Below are positions 1 through 7,868 of a stretch of 64,000 nucleotides of DNA, one piece after another. The stretch covers positions 224,001 to 288,000 of the forward strand of contig CAWCKJ010000012.1 of the NCBI GenBank assembly GCA_963796105.1, read 5' to 3'. Each line of letters begins with the position of its first letter. Position 1 is the first letter of the stretch. Position numbers and translations under genes: made by a program. The notes below the pieces were generated by a model. That model did no database searches. It was given only the letters and a program-made list of their open reading frames with translations, and was not told the DNA's origin. This DNA comes from a candidate division FCPU426 bacterium. GTDB taxonomy: Bacteria; Oederibacteriota; Muellerivitia; Muellerivitales; Muellerivitaceae.

Positions 1-436
1 CTTTCAGGGAATAAGATCTGATTTCCAAGGAGTCCATGTTTCCCAAGCGGGCAATAACTTCATCAATATGTTGTTGTTCTCTGTCGGTCAAATTGGTTCG
101 ATCTAATTCTTTTAACACCAAGTATTTGATTTGGGTTCGCCCCAGATAATTGTTGATAACTTTTTTAGCCTTCCCTTTTTCTTCCATTTTCTTTGCGATT
201 TTGGCGAACTCTATAGGCTTGGGACCATTGATATCTTTAATGTAAGTCGAACCGGTCAACTGTTCTTCGAATATTTCGTAATAATCAAAATCGATGAAAT
301 AAAGTAATTTATAAAGAATAGTTTCATCCACATTCGATCGAAAGCCGATTTTCCCAAGGACATAGAGAAGAACTTGCCTTAATTTCTCCTCGTTCATTTT
401 CGGAACATTGATCCGCATTTCTGGTAACAGATTCAT
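1..436 (-). CDS. Panacea/DUF4065 (SocA-like) domain protein, 3' end runs off the window
   Basis: Not in ORF track. Manual translation from ATG 436 (GAGG upstream): MNLLPEMRINVPKMNEEKLRQVLLYVLGKIGFRSNVDETILYKLLYFIDFDYY...LTGSTYIKDINGPKP. The KLLYFIDF and (N)GP motifs are typical of DUF4065. Confidence 0.8.
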   Translation of the reverse strand, partial: MNLLPEMRINVPKMNEEKLRQVLLYVLGKIGFRSNVDETILYKLLYFIDFDYYEIFEEQLTGSTYIKDINGPKPIEFAKIAKKMEEKGKAKKVINNYLGRTQIKYLVLKELDRTNLTDREQQHIDEVIARLGNMDSLEIRSYSLK

Positions 437-668
437 TTTAATTTCCTCGCGCACACCCAAAAAGACGTCAGGGATGGCCCTGAACAGCTATCTCAATTCC
501 TTAAAAAACCCCATAAATGAGTATACAGCCGTATACGTTTTTTTCAAGGGGCTTAAAATCAATTCCGGGGCACAATCCCACAATAGGGGTGGATAAAAGC
601 GTTTATATTCTTTTTGGATTTTGCTCTTTTTACCAAACGCGTAAACCATACTCTTTATGATTTACCTT

Positions 669-1070
669 TCAATTTTCCGGACGTTCCCAAGGAACCGGAA
701 GACGGGAAAAATCCCTGTCAAAGGAGACGACAGCCTCCAGCTTCTTTTCTTGGGCCAGGGCGGCCTGGTAGGCATCGATGAAATCGACTTCGTGGTATGA
801 GTACCAGGCCAAGGCCGACAGGAGCCTTTCCCGGTTCTCGAATTCCAAGCGATGGTCTTCCAAAGCGGCCCGCAGAAGATGCGTGACGGCCTCGGGAATT
901 ATCCCCTTCCCTTCCATGACCCAAACCAATTCCGCCACAGTCAAATCGGAGATGAGAAGTTTTTGCTTTTCGTGAAACGCCCGCTGGATGAACTTGTTAG
1001 CGGCGCGGGATTGTTCCTCGTCGTCACCCAAGAGCCAGCGCAAAATCACATTCGTGTCGAGTAAGCGCAA
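669..1070 (-). CDS. vapC: VapC-type PIN-domain toxin
   Basis: LLDTNV, AELVW, DFIDAY and SFDRDF PIN motifs; directly downstream of an AbrB-type gene. Confidence 0.9.
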   Translation of the reverse strand: MRLLDTNVILRWLLGDDEEQSRAANKFIQRAFHEKQKLLISDLTVAELVWVMEGKGIIPEAVTHLLRAALEDHRLEFENRERLLSALAWYSYHEVDFIDAYQAALAQEKKLEAVVSFDRDFSRLPVPWERPEN

Positions 1071-1075
1071 GGGCG

Positions 1076-1348
1076 TTACTTTTCACCGTGTCGGTGGGCT
1101 TTATAGCGGTCGACAACGTATTTCTTGGCCGTTTCCCGCATCTCAACAGCGCTCATCGGTTTTTGCCCCTTGAAGTAGGGTTTTAAGACTCCTTTGAGGC
1201 TGAGGAAATCACCCCGCACCGGAAGCAATATGGCCCGGTCACCGTCCGCCACGAAAGAAACCCGATCCCCCGCCTTGAGGCCCAGGGCCTTCCGGATGTC
1301 CATCGGAATCGTTACCTGGCCTTTGGAAGTAATGCTGGTCCCAAGCAT
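1076..1348 (-). CDS. vapB: AbrB/MazE/SpoVT-family antitoxin (VapB)
   Basis: SITSKGQVTIPMDIRKALGLKAGDRVSF swapped-hairpin signature; 5 bp from the PIN gene. Confidence 0.9.
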   Translation of the reverse strand: MLGTSITSKGQVTIPMDIRKALGLKAGDRVSFVADGDRAILLPVRGDFLSLKGVLKPYFKGQKPMSAVEMRETAKKYVVDRYKAHRHGEK

Positions 1349-1410
1349 GATGTATTACCTTTCTCATTAATATATTACATTTACACATATAATAATACAC
1401 GTTCAATAAT

Positions 1411-1548
1411 CTAGCAAGGTGCTGAAAAAGTCCCCAAAACGGACTTTTTCAGCTGACGACATTTGCGGAAACCCCACGATTCCTGCGGAATCTTTGGGGT
1501 CGCAGGCTGCTTTGTGGGCCTATTTTTACTTTTTCAGCAACCTGCTAG
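1411..1548. mobile_element. MITE-like non-autonomous element
   Basis: Left end CTAGCAAGGTGCTGAAAAAGT; right end reverse-complement CTAGCAGGTTGCTGAAAAAGT. CTAG at both ends, internal hairpin 1421-1453, no transposase. Confidence 0.75.
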
Positions 1549-1792
1549 TTTCAAATGATTTACCAAGGTGGTTTACCGGCTTCCAAGGCTCCGGGCTTGC
1601 CCGGGGGCCTAGCCGTGTACTTGGGAGGTGAAATGCCCCGCCCAAGTGGCGACCCGAAGCCCTGCCCTACGCTGCCCCGATTCACTATAAATCTTTTAAT
1701 GAAGTCGGCGCTATACCGAACTCTTTGAATGCTTTATTAAAGTTCGGCATGCGGTGTGGAGGGCCGTCCCTTGACGATAATAAACGATGGTT

Positions 1793-2146
1793 CTACAGGT
1801 CTTCTTTTTCCAGCGGCTCATCCAGGGTGTCGATCACTTCCTCCCGGATCTCCAGGTCGAACCACTTATCGAACATCTTCGCGGTCCGGTTTTGGGGCCA
1901 AAGGTTTTCGTCAAGAGACCAACCTTGAAGCATCTCCTCGAATATCTCCAGCTTCTTCTCGTCATCGATAAAATCCAATAAATCATCCACATCATCAAAC
2001 TCAGGGACTAAATACACCGGGCCGTCATTCTTGAAGGAACTAGCGGTATAAAGCGGCTCGTTCGGCGCCCGATCCGGCAATTGGTTGGCCCAATCCGCGA
2101 AAGGCTGTTTAATCCTTACGATAATCGCGCTTCGATTGACGAACAT
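1793..2146 (-). CDS. Conserved acidic hypothetical protein (~117 aa); intact copy of a gene whose 5' end occurs three times
   Basis: GGAGG before ATG 2146; MFVNRSAIIVRIKQPFADW...LWPQNRTAKMFDKWFDLE. Confidence 0.75.
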   Translation of the reverse strand: MFVNRSAIIVRIKQPFADWANQLPDRAPNEPLYTASSFKNDGPVYLVPEFDDVDDLLDFIDDEKKLEIFEEMLQGWSLDENLWPQNRTAKMFDKWFDLEIREEVIDTLDEPLEKEDL

Positions 2147-2239
2147 TTGAACCTCCAAGATTATTAACCCTTAATCCTCAACCCCTCAATAAGCTTAGGT
2201 TTTGGATTGAAAGTGAAGTTATTTTTTCCAATTCAGGAT

Positions 2240-2797
2240 TTACCGCCCTGAAAAGACGGAATGATAGAAATAATCCAAATCATCGTGGTAACCATAACCA
2301 ATGTCCTTTGAGGAATCGACGATTTTGTTTAACCGTTCCCGGTACCGGGCCTCCATATCGGCCCCGCCCGCCTTGACCCATTGGACGACCTTTTCAAACA
2401 TTCTCACCATCGAATCGTAGAAAGACTCCCCAAAATCCCCATACTCGGCAGTCAGGAAGGTTCCCCTCTCTACAAAAAATATCATCAGTTCCAATTCGCC
2501 ATCCTTGTTGCCGCTCGCCTTCTTGTAATCGGATATGGCCTTTTTTGCCCTTGAGATGCTGAGGGGTTTTTCACTACTCATATCATCGTGGAGGGCGTCC
2601 AAAATGATTGCCTTGAAGGGCTTCAGCGGATCGGCGCTCAGGGACAACCGGGTTTCGATGAATTCCCGGTTTCGGCTGTCCATGCCGTAAAGGTCCAAGA
2701 TCAACCCTGATAACCCTCTTTTGCCTAGCTTATCCAACGCCGCCGACAAAACCTTTGATGGCGTCTTAGTCGTATCCGAAATGGTTTTTCTCGGCAT
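2240..2797 (-). CDS. Hypothetical helical protein (DUF6155-like)
   Basis: 185-aa ORF with ISRAKKAISDYKK, ELMIFFVERG, YGDFGESFYDSM and GYGYHDDL motifs. Confidence 0.65.
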   Translation of the reverse strand: MPRKTISDTTKTPSKVLSAALDKLGKRGLSGLILDLYGMDSRNREFIETRLSLSADPLKPFKAIILDALHDDMSSEKPLSISRAKKAISDYKKASGNKDGELELMIFFVERGTFLTAEYGDFGESFYDSMVRMFEKVVQWVKAGGADMEARYRERLNKIVDSSKDIGYGYHDDLDYFYHSVFSGR

Positions 2798-2811
2798 AAC
2801 ACCCGCCTATC

Positions 2812-2922
2812 TTAACAAGGGATATTAACGGACCCATTCGGCGCCCGGTCCGGCAATTGATTGGCACAAACCGCGAAAGGCTGTTTGGCCCTCACGATCA
2901 CCGCGCTTTGGTTGACGAACAC
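2812..2922 (-). pseudogene. Truncated 5' copy of the 1793-2146 gene (36 codons)
   Basis: GTG-FVNQSAVIVRAKQPFAVCANQLPDRAPN then unrelated sequence and a stop; AGGGGA upstream. Confidence 0.75.
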
Positions 2923-2954
2923 GGGAATCCCCTAATATGCGAATACGCAAACCA

Positions 2955-4100
2955 TTAATTTTTCCCCAACAAATCCATTATTCCGTGTAGGTGGGTGGAA
3001 ACCGCGTTGGCGGACTTGCTGATCCTCGCCGTCCTCGACACAAGGACATGGTAATCACAATGGATGTGCCCGGCCGCTTTCATCAGCCGGTCCATATCCG
3101 CCGTTCCCGGGGAAGTGGTTAGTTTTATTTCCACCGCCCAGCGTTTACCCGATAGCTCCAGCACCAAATCCACCTCATGGCCGTCGCTGGTACGGAAATA
3201 GGAGGCCGCGAATTTTTTCCCCTCAGCGCTTAGGAAATCCAAAATTTGTCCAATGACAAACCCCTCCCAGCTGGCGCCCACCCACGGTTTTGCCAGCAAC
3301 TCATCGAACGTGGAGACTCCCAATAAGGAATGAAGCAGGCCCGAATCCCTCCAATAAACCTTAGGGCTCTTAACGAGGCGTTTGCGTAAATTTCCGTGAT
3401 AAGGCGGTAACCGCCGGGCCAGGAACGCCCCTTCCAGGAAATCCAGATACCCATTGACCGTGTGGTAGCTTAAGCCCAGGCTGCGGCCGACCTCGGAAGC
3501 GTTCCAGGCGGCCCCATGGGAAGCCGCGATCATTTTCAGGAAGCGCAATGTTTCCTGGGGTTTCGCGGCGAGTCCCCATTGGGGCAAGTCCCGTTGGGCC
3601 AGGAGTTCCAAATAATGGGTTTGCCATTCCGGGAAGCGGTCCCGGCGAAGGATCCCGCCATCAGGGAACCCCCCCATAAGCCAAAGGGAATCCACGCCGG
3701 CAACGGGCCTTTCAACCGCTACAAAAGGCGTCAGTTCGCAAACCGCCAGGCGCCCGGCCAACGACTCGGAAACATGGCGGATTAAGGAAGGAGAAACGGA
3801 GCCCAACAAAAGAAAACGGCCGTTCTTTTTACGATTCATGTCGATGGCGTTGCGGAGGCGCGGAAAGACCCCGGGATCGGCCTGGGCTTCGTCCAATACA
3901 ACGAGGGATTTGGCGGAAACCATGCCGTCCCACTCCAGGTCAAGCCTTAACCGGTCGGCCTCCTGCTCCAGGTCGTAGTAAACACGGCCCAGGGTCCGGG
4001 CCAATGTGGTCTTCCCTACCTGGCGGGGCCCCACGAGGGCGGCGGCGGGAAATTGGCGAAGAAGTGTTCGAAGCCGGGGGATCACCCATCGTTTGATCAT
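2955..4100 (-). CDS. AAA+ ATPase with DUF4143 C-terminal domain
   Basis: Walker A GPRQVGKT, Walker B VVLDEAQ, GRFLLLGS, KSPKVYWRDSGL, YFRT..GHEVDLV..AVEIK. Start more likely ATG 4100 than 4211. Confidence 0.9.
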   Translation of the reverse strand: MIKRWVIPRLRTLLRQFPAAALVGPRQVGKTTLARTLGRVYYDLEQEADRLRLDLEWDGMVSAKSLVVLDEAQADPGVFPRLRNAIDMNRKKNGRFLLLGSVSPSLIRHVSESLAGRLAVCELTPFVAVERPVAGVDSLWLMGGFPDGGILRRDRFPEWQTHYLELLAQRDLPQWGLAAKPQETLRFLKMIAASHGAAWNASEVGRSLGLSYHTVNGYLDFLEGAFLARRLPPYHGNLRKRLVKSPKVYWRDSGLLHSLLGVSTFDELLAKPWVGASWEGFVIGQILDFLSAEGKKFAASYFRTSDGHEVDLVLELSGKRWAVEIKLTTSPGTADMDRLMKAAGHIHCDYHVLVSRTARISKSANAVSTHLHGIMDLLGKN

Positions 4101-4136
4101 TCTTGCATTATAGAATTTTACTTCTAATTTGCAAGA
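4101..4136 (-). promoter_or_regulatory. Putative sigma70 promoter inside an imperfect palindrome, giving a leaderless ATPase mRNA
   Basis: Minus strand TTGCAA-16 nt-TATAAT-6 nt-ATG; TCTTGCA...TGCAAGA inverted arms. Confidence 0.5.
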
Positions 4137-4195
4137 TGAGTGATCATATCCCCGCGCGGTAGGAAGGACCAACCCCTCGGAATCATCATCGGTAT

Positions 4196-4330
4196 CATAC
4201 CGGCCCGTCACTCTTGAAGGGACTTGCTGTATAAAGCGGCTCGTTCGGCGCCCGATCCGGCAATTGGTTGGCCCAATCCGCGAAAGGCTGTTTAATTCTT
4301 ACGATTATTGCGCTTCGATTGACGAAAATT
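4196..4330 (-). pseudogene. Truncated 5' copy of the 1793-2146 gene (~44 codons)
   Basis: Near-identical to ~2016-2146. ATG changed to ATT; reads FVNRSAIIVRIKQPFADWANQLPDRAPNEPLYTASPFKSDGPV then TGA. Confidence 0.8.
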
Positions 4331-4341
4331 GACTCGTCCTT

Positions 4342-5145
4342 TTATGGTGAAATAACCTTGTCTTCTAAACCAACCTCTTTCGCGATTTCCAACATTTTCA
4401 CATCGCTTGTAATAACACATGAATCATCGGCAAGAAATATCATTAAACTTATGTCCCCGAAATCATTAAATTCGGTTTGGTGTTGTATTCCGTACGCACA
4501 ATAGCCAGCATTGAATAGCAGGAAATCCGATAGGTGTTTTTGGGCCTTAGCCCATTCTTCATCCCTAATTTCAGCAGGCGCCATAATGCCAGACATTTCA
4601 TATGCATGCGACCTTGTATTTTTTAATACATTCGTTATAACTTCATTACTAAGTAAACTTCTCATATAGGCGGCTTTTTTATCTTTTATCGGTGAATCTT
4701 TAGGAATTTGATATTTAATCTGGTCGAATTTCTTCTTCCAATCTGAAATCCCCTTACCCACTTCTTCCTTAAATCCCAAATAAGAAATATCCCTAAGTGG
4801 TTTTTTAGCTTCAATTTCTTCTTTTACATCCTCATATTTTTTCGCACTAATAAACTGATTTAGAGTTATTCGCGCGACCTTTGCTTCACCTACGTCTTCG
4901 AGCAAACCCCAGCTTGCGAAAAGACGATTACCAGGACGTTCGATCATTCCAGTTGTGATTTTTGTCCAACTGGCCACAAGTTGTTGAAATTTAAAGTTTC
5001 CAAGATTAGCTTTTGAAATAATTTCTAAAACATTGATACTGCATAGTCGGATTGAACTGCAATATTTTCGAAGTTGATTTTCTTTTACCTTTTTATGAGC
5101 TAAATCCACATAGACGTTCGTGTCCAAATAGCCCTTTGAAAACAT
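4342..5145 (-). CDS. PIN-like domain protein (~267 aa), AT-rich
   Basis: Likely start ATG 5145 (MFSKGYLDTNVYVDL); INVLEI, NDFGD and VITSD motifs match the PIN acidic set with a long insertion. Confidence 0.6.
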   Translation of the reverse strand: MFSKGYLDTNVYVDLAHKKVKENQLRKYCSSIRLCSINVLEIISKANLGNFKFQQLVASWTKITTGMIERPGNRLFASWGLLEDVGEAKVARITLNQFISAKKYEDVKEEIEAKKPLRDISYLGFKEEVGKGISDWKKKFDQIKYQIPKDSPIKDKKAAYMRSLLSNEVITNVLKNTRSHAYEMSGIMAPAEIRDEEWAKAQKHLSDFLLFNAGYCAYGIQHQTEFNDFGDISLMIFLADDSCVITSDVKMLEIAKEVGLEDKVISP

Positions 5146-5155
5146 GTTGATCCTT

Positions 5156-5483
5156 TTATACCCGCAAAAGGGATTCGGTGAGTTTTTCAAGATGGGACGA
5201 TTTGGCGGTGAGCTTTTTTTCGAGTTCATCGCACAGGGCCATGAGTTGATCGACTTTTTCAACAATAGCGTTTTGCTCAGCGTTTGATGGTAACGGAATA
5301 TCAAACGACCGTATTTTTCCCAAATTAAAGTTCCCGGCAGAAGTGCCATCACCAGAAACATTTCCTTTGGAATATGCCACACCATAAGGCGAGTTGAAAA
5401 CAATCGCTAAATATCTTGCGTTTATGTGTTTTTTAAACACTTTAACCAGACACAGACTTACATAAAAAGCAAATTCAATATCC
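5156..5483 (-). pseudogene. hsdS: 3' fragment of hsdS (end of TRD2 and distal conserved region)
   Basis: Removing the IS and one TSD copy joins ...AAVIDQDI to EFAFYVSLCLVKVFKKHINARYL...IPLPSNAEQNAIVEKVDQLMALCDELE in frame. Confidence 0.9.
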
Positions 5484-6469
5484 CATGCTTCTGTATTAAG
5501 TGACCCTTGAAATAAAGGAATACATAGGTATACTGTCCGCTACGGGAGGTGGTACATGAGCTACCAGCGGATGAAAAGCATTAAAATTCTGAGGAAAATC
5601 CACACGGAAGAAGAAGCCCGCCAATGGGTGTGGAGATGCCGTTTCGGCGGGAAAGACTTTGTTTGTCCCCAATGTGAGGGCGAAAGCTTCTGGCAACACC
5701 AGGCCAAGCCTGAAGTGAGGGAATGTGACTATTGCCGGAAACGTCTTCGGCTTCGCGCCGGGACGATTTTTGAAAGCTCCAAGCTGCCTCTTTTAACCTG
5801 GGTCAGGGCCATCAGTTTGATGATGCAGGGCAAACGGGGTATTTCGGCCCTGGAACTGAAGCGGCATTTAAATCTTTCGGATCATTCGGCATGGCTTCTA
5901 TTGCATAAGATCCGGGAAGGTCTTAGGCAAAAGGACGAAAGCTATACTCTAAAGGGCGTCATTGAGTTGGATGGGGCGGTTTTTGGGAAAAAGGCCAAGG
6001 AAAACCAAGTGGAAGTCTTGGTGGCGGTGGAAAGCAAGGAATGGGTGGATGAGAATGGTTGCAAGAAGGAAAAAGCGGGTTTTGCCAAGGTGAAGGTAGC
6101 TATGGAAACCAAGTGGGAGAGCCAGGAATTCGTGAATCAGACTATGGAAAAAGGCTCTTTCCTCAACACAGATGCTTCGCCAGCCTTGCGTGAACTCAAA
6201 GGAGTGGAGGCAGACTACCGGGTGATGGCCAATGACCCGAAAGAGTTGGAAAGTTGGTTGCCCTGGGTACACCGGTTCATTTCCAACGCCAAGGCCTGGA
6301 TCATTGGAACTCATCATGGCGTTGATGCTAAGTATTTAGGCCGGTATCTAAGTGAATATGCCTATCGGTTCAACCGTCGTCATGATCCCGATTCCTTATT
6401 TCACCGTGCTTTGACCGCATGTGCCTTAGCAAAACCCATTACAGCACGGTCACTTTGTGCATAAGCATA
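5484..6469 (+). mobile_element. IS1595-family insertion sequence (986 bp)
   Basis: Imperfect terminal IRs ATGCTTCTGTATTAAGTGACC / ATGCTTATGCACAAAGTGACC; 8-bp direct repeat CAATATCC at 5476-5483 and 6470-6477. Confidence 0.92.
5556..6464 (+). CDS. IS1595-family (ISXO2-like) transposase
   Basis: Zn ribbon CPQC...CDYC, AGTIFE..KLPL, GISALEL, IELDG, NTD, GTHHGV and YLSEYAYRFNRR. Confidence 0.92.
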   Translation: MSYQRMKSIKILRKIHTEEEARQWVWRCRFGGKDFVCPQCEGESFWQHQAKPEVRECDYCRKRLRLRAGTIFESSKLPLLTWVRAISLMMQGKRGISALELKRHLNLSDHSAWLLLHKIREGLRQKDESYTLKGVIELDGAVFGKKAKENQVEVLVAVESKEWVDENGCKKEKAGFAKVKVAMETKWESQEFVNQTMEKGSFLNTDASPALRELKGVEADYRVMANDPKELESWLPWVHRFISNAKAWIIGTHHGVDAKYLGRYLSEYAYRFNRRHDPDSLFHRALTACALAKPITARSLCA

Positions 6470-7868
6470 CAATATCCTGATCAATAACAGCCGCTTCCCC
6501 AATACCAGCACCAACCCGAGCGACAAGCAAATCACCTTTTTCTGGTATTCGATTTTTCCTAATTGTTTCAAAATCCGTTTTCGAAACAAACCGATGGTTG
6601 TCCGGAATAAATCTAAAAGGCTTAACATTCTGAGCTGAGAGAAATATTTCTCCATTTTCAACATATGTTGGTGTTTGATGTGTTCCATCCGTAATTTGTT
6701 TACAAAGATCAATAAGGTTACACAACACCCAATCGCTTGGCACAGCTATCCTTGAAGAATATGTTGATTCCTGAAGGTTCTCGTTTTTCACCTTTCCATC
6801 CAATGCTTTTTTTGCTTTTTCTAATTTTATTTTTTCTAATATTTTCCACGGGTGGTTTTCACCGCTTATTAAACTTTTATTTTCTTTTCTCCATAAAGCT
6901 GTAAGTGTTCCTTGAATAGCTAATTGCCAAACAGATCGACGAAGATTTTGGAGGTTATCGAGATCGTCATAAAGAAGATCGAAATTATCAATAATTCGCT
7001 GCCAATGATTTTCGAATTCATCGGGAGAGGCGGCGGAAAGCAGGGCGTTTAAGGCCGCGTCGTTCAATTGTCGGCGGGTGTGGGTTTGTTTTTCTTGCTT
7101 GGCTTCCAGCTCATCGCACAGGGCCATGAGTTGATCGACTTTGGCGACGATGCGTTTTTGTTCTTCTCTCGGCGGCAACGGAATAGGCGTAAATGAAAAA
7201 TAGTCATTTGGAACCCTTTTCTGACCGGCCGAACCCGTCATTTTAGGGATTCCAATGTTGATGAAATTTGCTGACTTTAAAAACAACAAAACATATTCCG
7301 GTACAACCGTATTTGGAATGGCCCTAAAAACATGTAGTTCGGTTGTTCCCGCCCCGAATCCATTTTTAAGATTTTTAAGAACCACCGATTTTCTATTTTG
7401 AAAACAAGGTGTTATTTTAGCCATCACGACATCGTTTGAAGCTATATGTGTAAAACCACCCTTAACATCATTCCATTTCCCAACTTCGAAGCTCGCTTCC
7501 CCGCTAAAACCTTCAGGAATTAATTTCATCGGTATAAAAGAAACTTCCAAGCTGTCTCCCAATGAGTTTCTTGGATTTACCAAACCCAATTCGTCCAAAC
7601 AAGTAAGGACCCATCCTTTCGGCAATGTTTCCCCTTGGGCAACTACAACCGGTTCATTTTTAGATTTCTTTAGTTTTCCATGTTTTATTAGTTTTTCTTT
7701 TTCCGATTTTATTTTCGATAACAAAATTTCAGCTGATTCTTCACCTGGAACTTGTTCAACAAGATTTCCTTCTATAGCTAATTGAAAAATATACGCTCGC
7801 AAACTTTCAATCCCATTGGATGCTTCCGAAACTAAATCGATGTTTTCCAAGAAAACTTCTGGTTTCAC
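6450..7868 (-). CDS. hsdS: Type I R-M specificity subunit HsdS, truncated in TRD2 by the IS
   Basis: LAIEGNLV, LPKGW, TRD1 with KITPCFQN, PLPPREEQKRIVAKVDQLMALCDELE, second TRD starting ITDGTHQTP. The last ~6 codons come from the IS end. Confidence 0.9.
   Translation of the reverse strand: MKPEVFLENIDLVSEASNGIESLRAYIFQLAIEGNLVEQVPGEESAEILLSKIKSEKEKLIKHGKLKKSKNEPVVVAQGETLPKGWVLTCLDELGLVNPRNSLGDSLEVSFIPMKLIPEGFSGEASFEVGKWNDVKGGFTHIASNDVVMAKITPCFQNRKSVVLKNLKNGFGAGTTELHVFRAIPNTVVPEYVLLFLKSANFINIGIPKMTGSAGQKRVPNDYFSFTPIPLPPREEQKRIVAKVDQLMALCDELEAKQEKQTHTRRQLNDAALNALLSAASPDEFENHWQRIIDNFDLLYDDLDNLQNLRRSVWQLAIQGTLTALWRKENKSLISGENHPWKILEKIKLEKAKKALDGKVKNENLQESTYSSRIAVPSDWVLCNLIDLCKQITDGTHQTPTYVENGEIFLSAQNVKPFRFIPDNHRFVSKTDFETIRKNRIPEKGDLLVARVGAGIGEAAVIDQDIVCLCTK

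Noticed and set aside
1793..4330. Diversity-generating retroelement TR/VR pair
   Set aside because: Differences between copies are not confined to adenines, they lie at a gene 5' end, and there is no reverse transcriptase.
5146..5403. N-terminal extension of the 353-aa ORF 4342-5403
   Set aside because: It overlaps the hsdS 3' fragment in another frame; the PIN-like motif begins right after ATG 5145.
5226..7142. hsdS shufflon or invertible TRD locus
   Set aside because: The 32-bp repeats are direct and correspond to the normal HsdS conserved regions; there are no inverted repeats, silent hsdS copies or recombinase.
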